NCBI GenBank assembly: GCA_002269645.1
Contig: NIVC01000554.1
Coordinates: 165,491 to 229,490, forward strand
DNA length: 64,000 bases
Direction: 5' to 3'
DNA from: Macrostomum lignano
Taxonomy: Eukaryota
The notes below the pieces were generated by a model. That model saw only the letters and a program-made list of their open reading frames with translations. It was not told the DNA's origin and did no database searches. Position numbers and translations under genes: made by a program. Each line of letters opens with the position of its first letter. Positions within the stretch are counted from its first letter, which is position 1. This document shows, one piece after another, positions 36,160 to 50,658 of the stretch.

Positions 36160-37419
36160 CTCGAATTAAGAAGCTGGACTTGCAATATTTTTTTTTCAAA
36201 TTTGCGCATCCATGCAGACAAATAAGCTCGCAAATTTTAGTTACAGTCCGCTCTGAGTTTTTGTCTAAAGTGCTTTTTGCTATAAGTAAAGCTATTCGTC
36301 AATACATTTGTTTGTTCAGCATGTGATTGCTCAGATCCTGAAATCCATCACTGTCTTGTCTTGTCTAAAGAAGAAAAATCCAGACGCCTTGTGCTTTGTC
36401 TTCGTCTCGTATAAATGTGACGTTCTGATTTGAGGTCTCTTTTATCCGGTCTCTAAGGAACTGATGTTGCTTTGGGCTGTGTTTAACAATTTTGAAGAAA
36501 GTATTTACCTTTCCAACGAGATAAGCAACGAGATAAGCTATAGTCCTGTTTCTGTGCTTTTTTATACTATTCTGTCATTGGCAGAAACCCTTTCAAATTT
36601 TAATATTTTATTTGTTAGTTCGTCGTCTTTTGTGCGCCGATTTGAATTTATTTGTTCTACGAGTAACTCAACCGTTTCGATCGATATTTCGCTTAAGGAG
36701 TAATATAAGTTGTAATTTTTTATAATTAACTTTACACTTAAATTGATAGAAAATAAAACATGCTCTACTCGTGTGTCTGTCTTGCCGCGTCAGTGCCCTC
36801 TGCTATCGATTTAGTTGCAAATAATATTCCATTTTTATTTTAAAATGAAAATTTTGGAATCAATGTTGGCAAGCAATGTCTAACGCACAGGTACGCTAAT
36901 AGTGTACAATGGGGCCTAAAGCGAATTGCTTTCAGGAAAAAGAGACTCACAAAACGCTGAGTAGCTAATCAAAATTGAACATCCGATTAAACTGGTCACA
37001 GTTCAGAAATTTGAAATCGCCACGAGTTTAAACAAAAAGAACACGATTGACAGAACATTGGACAGTGGACAAGAGAGTATTTTCTATTAAAAAAAGCAAG
37101 TTATGCGAAGCATTATCCATCAGAGTAGGTTAATTCACAGCTTTTAAGCTATCGTATTATATCCATGCTGCACGTACAACGATTAGAAAAGATATTTGCC
37201 TTGCTATTACTACTGTATTATTGCTGCGATTGCCAAAGCAGATCAAGCACGAACGGGCCAATTGGAATCTACAGGTGGGTGTGGCCTTCTCTGTTAATCC
37301 TCCAAATGCTGCTATTTATAGCCGTAACGCAAAGCGACTCTACTATGCTTGGCTGGGCAGACAGGCAACTAACAGAGGAGACAGTCTGCACGACTGTACA
37401 GTTATGGAAAATATTTTAG

Positions 37420-40400
37420 CTAGCACAGCTGCTCCCGGTTGTACAGATCAGCCGATCCACTTGGCTGAGCCGATGAAGCCGATGGAGCCTCAGCCTCCTC
37501 TGGGATGCCCAGACAATGGCCCGGAGATCGAATCCTTGGCAGCGGCATCGGCTGCTGATTCATTCTAGATTTGACAGCTGCCGTTGTTGCGTGAGTTGGC
37601 GAGCAGCCTGTCAAAGATACTGCCGCGTGCTGCTGCAGTTGATGATGAGGCTGATGCGGATGCTGAGACTGCGGCGACATCAAAGAGGCCGCCGACGAGG
37701 CTGCATTTGATAGAAGCTGGATAGAGCCTGCCAAAATTTAACCAAATTTTTGTTAATCTACGCAAAAAAATTCCTATAGTCCTACTCATTTTGATTTGGT
37801 CAGTAGCATTATGAGCGCATCAATTTATACTTCAAGAAGAATATGAAATTAGGTTTTGGATTTAAAAAGCGAGTGATAGATAAATAATCTAGATAAATGC
37901 AAAACAGTATCTTTGTAGAACGGAAGATAAACGGATTTTTTGTAGAATACATAACGTATCGCTCAAAATGGTTAGTATCATTTAGGTCGATAATTTGAAA
38001 TCCCTCACTTCGAAGCCGGTTTCTAAGAAATTCCTCCATGGCCGAAACCCTCACTCTCTACGTAGACGCACAAGAGAGAAAGCTGAGATTAAGAGTCCAT
38101 TGAACAAAGACTAGGTTGGGCCATAGACAAGACGCACATTCCAGACTGAGAAACTCGATTAGCAAACCTCTATCTTTGTCTTTGAGTTAGTTACATTGCC
38201 ATGGCCATAAGAAAAATGCACAAGAGAGATGGGTAGAGCTATAGGTTTGCTCAAAGCTTCTTTGCTCGACTCACCCTGATGCTGATGCTGATGAGCTGCT
38301 CCGTCTTCGCTGCCGCCCCGACCGGAGTCCGCGCTGTCACCGCCATCGAATTCCTGGCAGCGAAGCAGAACATCGCAGTGAGATGTGTGAGCAAGTACGC
38401 TCGTAAAATGTGCTACATTTTAGCTATAGCAGCCATCATACGAACTACACGAAGTGAATTCACATTTGCTTCAAATCGTTAGTTCATAAAACGAAAGTGA
38501 CTACAAACACTCGTCATCTCCATTGCGCAACACAACTCTGGCAACCTGAGCCAACCTGCTTTTTTGTTCTGACTGTTCACGCGAGGTCACAGAACACACT
38601 TCCAGCTTTTAAATAAGGAATTCCCATATTTGCAACCGTCTTCTGGAGAAACTTGATCCTCTTCTTTCGGCTTTATTCTATGGTTGTTTTGTTAACTAGA
38701 ATCCTTTCTCAAGCGGTAAGGCTTAAGCACTCACTTTTACTCACTCGGTGTGCCTGCGTGATGCTGCTCAATTACTGAGCAGCCTGTTCTATGCTGTTGG
38801 TGAAGATCCTTATTTGAAACCCGAGCGTTAAATCTCACAATTTTGTGCTTCATCTACTAGCGTACAGCTATTTCAAGAGACAAGGTGCTAGAAAAAACTG
38901 GCCTTCTAATTATTTTGAGCACGAGAGTGAAGCTAAAACCAATTCTTCATCTCTCTAATCTATGAGTCACAATTCATCCCTTCTCAATGTCAATCATTCT
39001 GTGAGGGTTAGTAGCTATACCTACTGCACCATTTCACCCTATTCAACACACATTTTGACGCCTAATGACGTTGCTTGACGAAACTACGATTTTGCTGCGA
39101 AGAAAGCAAAGCCAGGTGTGAAGCATTCAATGAGGACGACTAAATGCAACGATTTCTCTGCACAATCGTCCAGCGCAAACCCTCCCCTAACTCTGTTTCA
39201 CATCCCGGACATCAACATTAAGCTCTACAATGATATGCTTCGTTTCGGTGTGTCCTGTGATTGAGTGTCAAAATTGAATGGAGTCACTATATAGAAGCTT
39301 TAAGTGCTCAAAAGTAAGGGTAAAACGTTGTAATTGTCAAGACTGGTTAAAGCTACACACGAAGGGCAAAGGTTCTATGATTGGTCGCTGGTCAATAAGA
39401 AGAAATTTCACCTCATTTCCAGCCAGAAGCAGCTGCATGTTTGGCTGCTGGTACATGGCCTGCTGCTGATGCGGGAAGCGGAACGGCTGCTTGGATTGCT
39501 GCTGCAGGTGCTGATGCTGCGGATAGTACAGCGGATGGTGCGACTGCATCATTGGCAGCACTTGTGAGTCGCTCTGGCAGAAGGTGGTCATGTGCAGGTG
39601 GTGCCTTGTTGGTGTACCGCAGCCGCTGCTGCAGCCGCCTCCTCCGATGTCACCGCCGCCGCTGAACAACAGCGGCTCAGGCGCACCACAGTCGTCCAGC
39701 TGGTCATCGAGGCCGAATTGGCACGATGCTGGCAGCGGCAGCGTCGGTGGCGATAACGCCTTTTCGACGCCAAGGCCGCCACCGTTGCCGCAAGAGGAGC
39801 CACCGGCAGAAGACGCGGCGCCTGCAGATCGCTGATGACGCCGTTGACGGACGCAGACAATGGCGGAAACCAGGCAGAGGCTGACCAGGCAAGTTGCCGC
39901 CACCATGGCAACAATGATTGACAGGTTAACCTGAGCCTCGCGCAGGTGTCCGCCGTCGCCAGCGTAGCGCAGAACGTTTATAATCAGCTGGGTGTCTACA
40001 AACATCTGCGGCCGGTCAGCGTCCACAGCACGGACTGTCACGACGTGGCGGCCAGGAGTTGGTCGGGCAACTAAGCGAATCACGCCAGACTTTGGGTCGA
40101 TGGCCAGAAAAAACGAAGCATGCGACGGTACCCAGGTGAGCGGTTCGCCAACTGCATCAATGAGCTGGTAAGTGATGTTGCTGGATTCGTCTGAGTCTGT
40201 CGCCTGCACCCAGGTGACGTCATCATTGATTCGATGCGCAGTGGAGATGTTCACAAAGAGGTTGGACTCCCTCGGAAATGACCAAACCGGTGGACTGTCG
40301 TTCTCGTCCTCTACAATCACTGTGAGCTCAGCCGTAGTGCTCAATCGTGGCTGGGCCTCCGTATTGGCAACAGATACAGATATTAGATAGGCCGAATGAA

Positions 40401-42462
40401 CTTCTCGATCCAACGAGACTGTTGTCCTAATCTGACCGTCTTTGGTCACAAGAAACGGCCGCTCCCTCGGCCGCAGATAACGGTCTCCACCTTCCAAGCC
40501 AAGAATTTTGGCTCGCACATCTAGCAGTTGAAATTCAGCTCGGGAATTTGGTCCGGGAGCGTCGGGATCAGTGAATCGGATCCGACTGTCGCCATTTGAT
40601 GCTGCGAGCACAGGAGTGTCAACCGGTGCATTTTCGCGTACCTTGTACAGTCGGGGCTGAAGAATTTCAGGAGCATTGTCGTTTACGTCTAATACACGAA
40701 CAGTGACGCTTGCGCTAGCGGTGTGCTGTGTACCTTCGGAGTCAGGTGTGTCCTTAACTTGAATGACAAATACCAAACGATCGTTTGGCAATCGAAGCGA
40801 GTCTCGATCTATTGACGACTTCACTCTGATTACACCTGTTGTACGACTGACCCCCTGTAGATTTGAGAAGCTCGATGTATCTCTCACTACGGCCTCGAAG
40901 AAGCGACCGTGGGAAGTGGCTCCGTCGTCTAAAATTTGAAAAGTCAGCGGGTCGTCTCGGTCCCTATCAATGGCTTCAATAGTGAGCACTGGCCGTCCTA
41001 CACCGTTGTCATCATGTTGACCGTTCGACTCTTCAACCGTGGCGTTGTAATATGAAGATTGAAACTCCGGCGAAAACTCATTTACATTCTCAACTTTGAT
41101 TTGCACGACTTTGCTTGCCGACTGCGGCGGAGACCCGGCATCGCGGCAATCGATTCGAACGCTAGTCCTTGTCTGTGCCTCGTAGTCCAGGGATTGCAGG
41201 CTGTAAAGCATGTAATCTTTCTCTCCAGACGACGTAAGCCGAAACAGCTCCGCTCCTGGCTCACCAAGCTGACAAGTTGTGCGACCATTGTCTTCTAGAT
41301 CTTCGTCGGTCACCTGAATGAAAGCTAGTGAGGCGCCTGTATTCGCGTTCTCCCGGACTAAAACCATTCCAGAGTTCTTGGTTGCTTCAGGTGTACCTTT
41401 CTGCTGCAATCGCTGGACCATCGGAAGGATTGAAATGTTCGGTGCGTGATCGTTGGCGTCTCGGACGCTCAGAGGGAAGCTAGTCACTGTTTGGCGGCTG
41501 GGAGCCCCATTATCTGAGACTAGCACCTGAATGACGTACTGAAGATGGCTTCGCGCATTTAGTCGGCGGTGCAATCGGACTTCGCCAGTTGTTTCGTTAA
41601 TAACGAATGCTTCCATGGACTTTCTATCGCCAGTGATGCTGTATGTCAGGCGGCCATTTTCGCCACTGTCCGCGTCCGTGGCGGTCACTTTACCCACCCG
41701 ACCGCCAACGGGCAGCGTGTCCGGCACTGCCAGCCACGCGTCTGGCGTTACAATCGGCGCGTTGTCATTGCGATCGCGTACCCGGACTATGAGTCGCTGG
41801 CTGGTACAGTTCGGATTTAAACCACCGTCACAAGCGGTCAGGTTTAGCAAGTGCTGCTGTGCCGTCTCATAGTCCAGAGCCTGGGCTCCTTCAGCCAGCA
41901 CGAGGTACAGCGCGCCTTGCTGATGCCTCTGCTTTAGTGCAAATTGCCCCCCACCGCCAATCAGGAAGTAGTGACCTTTAATGAGCATTCCATTGTCCCC
42001 AATGTCCGCATCGGTTGCCGCATCCAGCGGGCACTGAAAATTTGTATCGCCCTCCTCGACGATTAATTCTTTCTGTGGCTCTTTGAACACCGGCGCATTG
42101 TCGTTTATATCCTTAATGGTGATGCGCACCACAGTCCGGTCGTTGTCTGAGAAAGCGTTGAGTTCGATCACGCAGGGTCGAGTCTCGCCTGCGTCGGGAC
42201 AAGCGACCGGATCCTCGCGGTCGATTCGCCCTCTGATGCGCACGTTGCTTTCTTTGTCAACTTTGAAGTAGGGCGACTCCGGCATGAGTCTGAAGTCTGA
42301 GAGGCGGCTTGGGCTGCCTAAGGCTCGCCATAAGTTGCCAACTCCCGCATTCAGGTCAGTCTCTTCGTCACATTCGAAGTTCACCTCGCGACTCGCGGCC
42401 AAGATGAAGGGTGCGCAGCTGACGGCCCACAGCAGGGCGACAAGGCTAATCGAGTTAAGCAT
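37420..42462 (-). CDS. Protocadherin, delta-like, 7 cadherin repeats. Exons 42462-39412, 38353-38275, about 37727 (or 37700)-37420
   Basis: One 3-kb exon carries the signal peptide, seven EC repeats (DINDNAP, DRNDNAP, DANDHAP, NVNEFSP, DVNDNAP, DENDSPP linkers; LDYE/IDRE/LDRE) and the TM segment. Exon 2 encodes DSADSGRGGSE, like the protocadherin DSGxGDS motif. Phases 0 and 1 are consistent. Confidence 0.88.
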
Positions 42463-45299
42463 CGCTGTCCCAAGAATTCGAAGGTCAATCGCGGCGCTAG
42501 ATTGCTCCGAGAGCCATGGCTTGAACTGACGTGGTTAAGATTTAAGCTGTCGATTATCTGCGGGGAGGAGAGTTTTTCAATCAGCCATGCTCGAGAAGGC
42601 ACTCAAGCGTCAAGAAAAATATTGGTCGCCTTTTAAAGACGACTTTATTGTGTGATTTAGCCTGACTATGCCATAAACTCGTGGGTTAAACTGCTTTCGC
42701 GTATAACTTAGTCCATGACGGTTTATTTATCCGCTATTTAGCTCGAACTATACACTCAATGGGAAATATTATATCATAATGGAAATGCAGCAAACCAAAG
42801 ATGACGACTCAAAAGAGAAGAGCAAAATACAAGGGGGCCTCCCCATCCCCTTCCCGACTGCCCGCTGAGTGTGTGACACGGGAAACCCTTCTTCTGGCTC
42901 GGTCAGTCGCTCTGGATTATTGTCTTCCCTTTCTATCCTTTTGTGAGTCCGGCTTCGCCGAGAACACGTGAGCTCGTCGATTCTCTAATTCTGCTTTCAC
43001 AGGGCCTCCTGCATTTTCACTTGCACCCGTCTGTATCCATGCGATGGAGTAGGGAGATAGATGGGTAAACGTTGATGGGCTGTCTTGTTCCATAGCGAGG
43101 CATTTCCTTTCAACATTTTTGTGTTTTTTTGTTTAGCGTGTTTTACCTGCGTTCCTATCTATCTGTCGGTTTGCTTCGAATCCCCCCGCTGCTCAAATCC
43201 TCTCATGCTCGCTAGGTAAGACTATATCCTTCTCCTATGTGGGCACCTCCAGAAGGAAAATTGCTATGTTGAATCGTAAAATAACAAGGATCGAGCAGCA
43301 GAAACGGGTACAAAACAACAGGCAGATATTGAAACCGACAGGTAAATAGAATTGTGAGATGTCTCTTTCTGCTTGTTGCTAGGGAAGAGATTCTAGAATT
43401 CACTTCCTGTTGCATGTTTTCCCCAGCATCGAATATTGAAAGGCTGCAGACTGTGCGAGGTTATGGGAAAGCTCAGAAACATTTCATAGATTAGAAGGGG
43501 ATTAAGTTTCAGTGGAGCTGAGGCATTTTCAGTTTATAAATAGGGTGTAAAATAAGCAAATTAGATTTTGAAATAGGTGATGCTCCAGGGATTAGAAAGC
43601 ACAATTTGTTGTTGTTGTTCAGGAGCACCAAAAAGTCTTAGATTATGTCAAGAATGAGCCTCTAGGAATCTAAATAGGAAAGATTTTGTCACAAAGGTCA
43701 AATTTATGAAGCTGAAAGTACCTTCCCTTATGACACACGTTTGACTAGACTTAATTCCGGTTTTGTGCAGTTTACTTCCGGTTTATTCTAGAAGACGACT
43801 ATCCTGATAAACACCAAAACCCGATGACCCACACGATTATCGTGAACCAAATATCACGAGAAAGCCGGGGCCAAGAGACTACCTCTGGAATCGCAGCAGC
43901 GAGTGCTTCTGACGTTGCATGAAGTGACTAATTGTCGCTGGAAATTAGGCTAATTCCACCATCAGCGAAGCATGAAAGACAGAAAACACAGGGCCTATAA
44001 GTAGGTTGAAAAAACTCTCAGTTTCTTTTGTCGGATAATCCAGCGATAAGTTCCAGTGCAATCGAGAGCTTTGGTGGACTATTTCCAGAATCGAGGACTC
44101 CCTGCGAAGTTCCCACGAAGGGCGGGGGGGGGCAGAATTTTTTGTCCTTGTACGAGCGTAACTGACGCCAGGCCCAGCAAAGCTCTCCCGCGGCATCAGA
44201 TTGTGGTGGAGGAGACGCTGGGGCGATTTTCAGTGTTTAATTTGGCGAATATCGCGGTATCACGATAAACTGTCGGGCTGCCAGAGGAACCTGACGAAGC
44301 CCATGCAGCTCCAAGTCAGGCAGACAGGCAGTCAATTTTAGCTGCAGTTCAAGGCTTCCCTTGGCCGACCAACCCACCCCGCGGGGCGTTTTAAAAAGAA
44401 AATTGCGATGGAAATTCTGATCTTTAGCCTGCATAGCGCGGCATGTTTCGGATCTTTTGTCGCAAGCTGTACGTCAAAATTTTTTTTTCTCTTCTGGGCT
44501 TCCAGTTTTTTTAGCTCGCACCAGCTTGTCAGTCTCGCTTGCCCTCTGGGGAGCAGCAAATTCATCTCTTCAGATTAACAAATTTCGCTGCGTTGGCAAC
44601 CCGCTCGACCCTAAATCCAATTCCCAGCTTGATTTTTCACTCTTCTGTGACAGGCACTCTCTAGGAAAGTTTTCTACTACAATGATTCAGTCCCGTGTGG
44701 AGTTTTTTGTTATATACAATGGACGATTGAAAATTGATGTCGATCTACATTGCTTTATGAGTCTGGGAATGAAAAAACAGCCTGTTGGCTAGCACGCATC
44801 AGAAGCTCTTGGAGACAGAGAGCGAGAGAGAGAAATAACTCGCTCTGTCACCTGCTACCTCTTCTCCCAGTCCCAGAGTACTCGGTTTGGTCTGCCCCTG
44901 TCGTGCGCTCGCAACCAGCTCAAACGCTAGGAATAAAATCCCGCCCTGATTAGGGGCACAATTGAAGATTAATTAAAGGCTCAGTCCAACAGTGGGTGGT
45001 GTGCGCTCACGCAAGTTGTGGGGCTACTCCCAAAGTGGACACAATAATCCCATGGGATCGCACCGTATGGATGGTACGATCCAAGCTGTGCTGCAGTGGT
45101 CAGTCATTGCTAACATAAGCGCGGCAGCTTTGGAACAGCGCCGATCTCGCTATCCCTGAACAGACTAAGCCACGCGGTCTGAATGCGACCGACTTCTGTG
45201 ACAGGTTTATTGCTCCTATAGCAGCAAGTCCAGAGCCATGTGTCATAGATTCTAGATGCTTACAAGAGTGAAGTGGTTCCGTTTCACCCGTTAACTTGT

Positions 45300-45560
45300 T
45301 ACGTCAGGATTTTTCATTGAGGGGCGTTTCTGTGAGCGCAATCGAGGGGCGCCAACACCAAAGGACGCCAGCACCAGCACCAAAGTAGTTGTCGGGGAGG
45401 TGTTTAACAATTGGGAACGGAGATGTTTAACCTGTTGCTGTTTTGAGGGGGGGGGCAAAAAAAATTTCAGCTATAGGGGGCTAAGCCCCTTGCCCCCCTA
45501 GCTAATCTTTTATTAATAGAGGCAGGGGGCTATTGCACCCTGGCGCACTTTAGGCTACAT
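45300..45560. mobile_element. Possible MITE remnant
   Basis: CAGGATTTTT...GGGGC start and internal GGGGGCTAAGCCCC / GGGGGCTATTGCACCC motifs typical of small non-autonomous elements; TIR and TSD not resolved. Confidence 0.25.
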
Positions 45561-46106
45561 TGTCAAACAACCGACGAGAGGAATTTTACCGGCCATTCCG
45601 CCGACTCCCCTGAGCAGGCACACAAACGCGCGGATACGTACGCATGTAGATGTACACTTCACTGTGCCTTGGGGTAGGTTTTCAAGGGCGTTAATTGTAT
45701 GAGAAGTCCCAAGCCGAGATTCCAATTTAGCCCCAAATTAATTTGGCTGCAGTTTGAATCGAGGCTAGACCACTATATAGGCTACGGCCCCTGGTTGATC
45801 TGAGTCCATGGAAACTGTGAGTAACATGATTTTAAAAAGAACTTTTCTTCTAGCTAATAGAAACCTCTGTGCCTAGATACATGTCTATGGTGTACAAACT
45901 TCAAACTTACACTGTCATTTCAAACAGTCTCTTGTAAGTTTTCAGAACTTGGAACTTGACTCCTTACCCACTGCTCACTTGCCATACTGATGGCACTGCC
46001 AAAGGAACTTATTGCGCAGCCAGGTTTTTGCCTTGAAAAAAAATGTCAGCAAAATTTTATTGCCTTTTAAGCAAAAATTTGGCAGGAAGAAACATGATCG
46101 AATAAA

Positions 46107-46137
<31 letters not shown>

Positions 46138-47169
46138 GAGAGAGAGAGAGGAATGACTGGGCTGAATGACGCGAAGAAAAACGTCTTGTATATTTTAGCT
46201 ACAGTTCATGAACAAGTTGCAGATGCTGGCCTTCGCATGACTCAGTTGAAATTCGCAATTTCAATGCGAAACAATATATTCTGCTCGTTCATCTATCTTG
46301 TTTGTCTTTCCACTCGCAGATCAAAATAAAGCGTTTCCCCTCTGCTGCACACTCGCCCAGAACATTTGGTCGAAATTGTTTTTTTTCACTTTCCCACGGG
46401 AGAATCCCCGGCCTCATCTGGGCGTTTGTCAAAGAGAGGGGCTTCTGCCAGATGCTCCCGGGATTAGAAACTCGGGCCCGCTTTCATCCTCCCTGCCTGT
46501 CCAGTTGTTGATATCCCGCTGGGAAATCCCCTTTAGGATTTAGAGTGCCGCCGAGGGTGACAGCCTATGGTAGCGGAGGAGGGGGACCCGATGAGGACGT
46601 CCTGATGACCTCCGGGACCCTCCTCGGATTGTCGCTGTTGCATCCTGCAGGCAGTGTTTGACATTAATGGAATTCTGCTATGCAGAGGGGGGATTACGTC
46701 TGAAACGGCAAACATTAATACCAAGAGAGCGAGCACTGCACAACGCATTTCATTTGCATTGATATCCATTTTGCCTGCACTTGCTGCTAGAAGCTCCTCA
46801 TTTTGCTGCAAAGAGGGAGAGGCATATTGAAATTTGTTAGGGATTGCATGAGACTGACGTGTCCTGCTGCCAGGAGTGCGATGGGGTCGTGCAGGTCAGG
46901 CAGGGACAAACCCATTTTGAAATCTTCTTCTAGTTTTTGAACTCAAGTGTCTTGTCGAAAGCTGAAGCGGCTTTCAATTTTCAGCTTTCAAGTTTTTTGT
47001 TAATAAAATCCGCACTGAAAATCTTGAAAAGTTAAAATGTTTTAACACATCAATTAAAAAATCTCAGTTATTTTTTGATGATGAAATAGAAAGTATTTTG
47101 TCATTATTCTTTCACATTATTGCCAGACAAGAAATATAAATCATTGTTGCGGGCCAGAGGAGAGTGGAA

Positions 47170-48020
47170 AAAAGAGAAATGGGAGAGAGGGAAAAGGAGG
47201 AAAGAAGAGAAGAGACGAGAGGAAAGAGGAAAGGAAATGAGAGTAGAAAGAAGAGGAGATGAGAGGAAAGGAGATGAGATGAGAGAGGAAAGGAAATGAG
47301 AGTAGAAAGAAGAGGAGACGAGAGGAAAGAGGAAAGGAAATGAGAGTAGAAAGAAGAGGAGATGAGAGGAAAGGAGATGAGATGAGAGAGGAAAGGAAAT
47401 GAGAGTAGAAAGAAGAGGAGACGAGAGGAAAGAGGAAAGGAAATGAGAGTAGAAAGAAGAGGAGATGAGAGGAAAGGAGATGAGATGAGAGAGGAAAGGA
47501 AATGAGAGTAGAAAGAAGAGGAGACGAGAGGAAAGAGGAAAGGAAATGAGAGTAGAAAGAAGAGGAGATGAGAGGAAAGGAGATGAGATGAGAGAGGAAA
47601 GGAAATGAGAGTAGAAAGAAGAGGAGACGAGAGGAAAGAGGAAAGGAAATGAGAGTAGAAAGAAGAGGAGATGAGAGGAAAGGAGATGAGATGAGAGAGG
47701 AAAGGAAATGAGAGTAGAAAGAAGAGGAGACGAGAGGAAAGAGGAAAGGAAATGAGAGTAGAAAGAAGAGGAGATGAGAGGAAAGAGGAAAGGAAATGAG
47801 AGTAGAAAGAAGAGGAGACGAGAGGAAAGAGGAAAGGAAATGAGAGTAGAAAGAAGAGGAGACGAGAGGAAAGAGGAAAGGAAATGAGAGTAGAAAGAAG
47901 AGGAGACGAGAGGAAAGAGGAAAGGAAATGAGAGTAGAAAGAAGAGGAGATTAGAGGAAAGGAGATGAGATGAGAGAGGAGAGGGGATGAGAGGAGAAAA
48001 GAGAGGAGAAGAGAGAACTT
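47170..48020. repeat. GA-rich compound satellite with alternating longer and shorter units (core GAGAGGAAAGGAAATGAGAGTAGAAAGAAGAGGAGA)
   Basis: Direct reading. Confidence 0.9.
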
Positions 48021-49912
48021 AGAAGAGACACAAACCTTGAGCGAGCCGATTGCTATAATAGCGAAATTTCAAAGAACCCAATAAAAACCCTGTCAATAGC
48101 CCTGTTACTGCTAAAATGCCTGCAAATACTTGGTTTTTGAAAACAAACTATAATAAGCAAGTTCAACAATTTATTAGATATCTAGGAAATAAAAATACCC
48201 TCGGCTGTGCAGAAAACTTTATAAAATCCGAGAGAGTTCAGAAGCAATCAGCCAAATGGAAGCGCACCGCTGATGGCTCTTATTTGGCAGATCGTTGGCT
48301 TATCAAACTAATGGAATTGAATGAATAAAATACAATGCTCCGCATGCTGGCAGCAGTTATTCATTTTCATTTTCATTTCCTTGACATTGAGGGAAAACAT
48401 TTTTGTATGCGATCGTTATTGGGGATTTTTTGGCATCCTTCAATTAGGGGGCAGTGAGTGAAGTGAATATCCTCTGGGTTCCACTTCCCACCCGACCGAC
48501 AAACTGGCAAGACTGACGCAATGCCCAATCCCGACTATTTTTTTAGATATCCCCTTAATGATGATGAAGAGCTTGCAGAAGCCGTTGCAGCTTGCTTCTG
48601 CTTCTGCTATAACCAGCTCTGTCTCTCGGCCAGCAAGCAAAACCACTTTCTTCTTGAACTTGTGTTCACCCTGATAGCGACATCGAGCCCTCGGTCAGTC
48701 CCAGCATCCCGCGTGCTTGTTACAGCGTCGCCACAAAACTCGGTCCGTGTTTGTTGCCACCGAATTAAAAGGTTATTGCAGCCGGACACAAGGCAGTACC
48801 ATGCACGCACAGAATCCGTCGGCTTCAGCATTTCATCCTCATGCATCCGCATGGGAAGGGATCTGTTTTTGGCAGTAAACCTTATCCTTAGTTAGTGCCA
48901 TTTGCCATTTGCCATTACCACAGGAAAGGTGACCAGATCCCACCGGGGACTGGGGAGAAGGAGAGACAGACAGCGGCAGAAATCGTTGTATAGATTTTTA
49001 GTGGATTAAAGCCGCAACTTGATTTATAGTGTCTGATTAGAGTTATATGGGGGGCTCCGGCGCCACTCTCTCCCATCTCTAAGCGATTCGTTGCCAAAAG
49101 AGAGCACAGTTAGAGCCAGTCGGACTGACCCCCCCCCCCAGCCAGCGCTAGAGTCTGCGGGGACGGCGAGCTGCACAATTTCCCGAAGAATTAATCACAC
49201 ACAGATAGAATAACAAAACTAACTCAGGATTTCCTGACCGCCCCAGATCAGATGCAGATAGATCTGCCTGTGCCCAGCTGCATGGTTCACCTGGAACTGC
49301 AAGGATGGCATGGGAGCGGCTCAAATCCGTCCCTTTTTCCTGTCCCGCTGCCAAACTGATGACACGCGGAGATAGCGATGGCATTTGTACTATAAAAACA
49401 GTTGCAAATTTGTCCGCCACGATGAGTCAGGGAAAGGCCTGCTGAGTTGATAAAAAAACTCGGACACAAACTGAGCAAGGACGGTTCGCTGCATCCCCTA
49501 TTAGCTAACTGGGGATCTGGCTTTGTTCGAAATTCTCTCCTACTATCGGGAAATGCATTTCTACTATAGGAAGCAGATGGGAGAGCCAGGCCTGTTCTAA
49601 AGAGGAGAGGACTCGATGAGCTCGAGCAGCGTAAAATAACATTCGTTCGGACGACAGCCTGTCCGAGAGCTGATCCGAGCCCTCATCAGGCCGGCCTGAG
49701 TCTGCTTATCTCCTGTCCGCTTTGCTTGTACTCCCTGCTGCTGTCTTATGCAAATATTTCTAAGCTCACGTATCCCCATCTTTATGACGTCTGTCAGCGC
49801 TAAGGTAATAACATTATGCTACCTGTACTACCTACCTGCCTAACTATACCGATAGACATTGATAGATAGGTTCGTAGGCCGGTTGGTAGTACAGGTAGCA
49901 TAAGAAGGTTTT

Positions 49913-50658
<746 letters not shown>

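Noticed and set aside
48440-48895. Overlapping 68-124-aa ORFs
   Set aside because: No recognisable motifs and no consistent splice-joined frame.
49630-49695. Minus-strand CTGATGAG suggesting a hammerhead ribozyme
   Set aside because: No GAAA(C) after a stem II and no stem I/III pairing; the other CTGATGA/CTGACGA sites I checked also failed.
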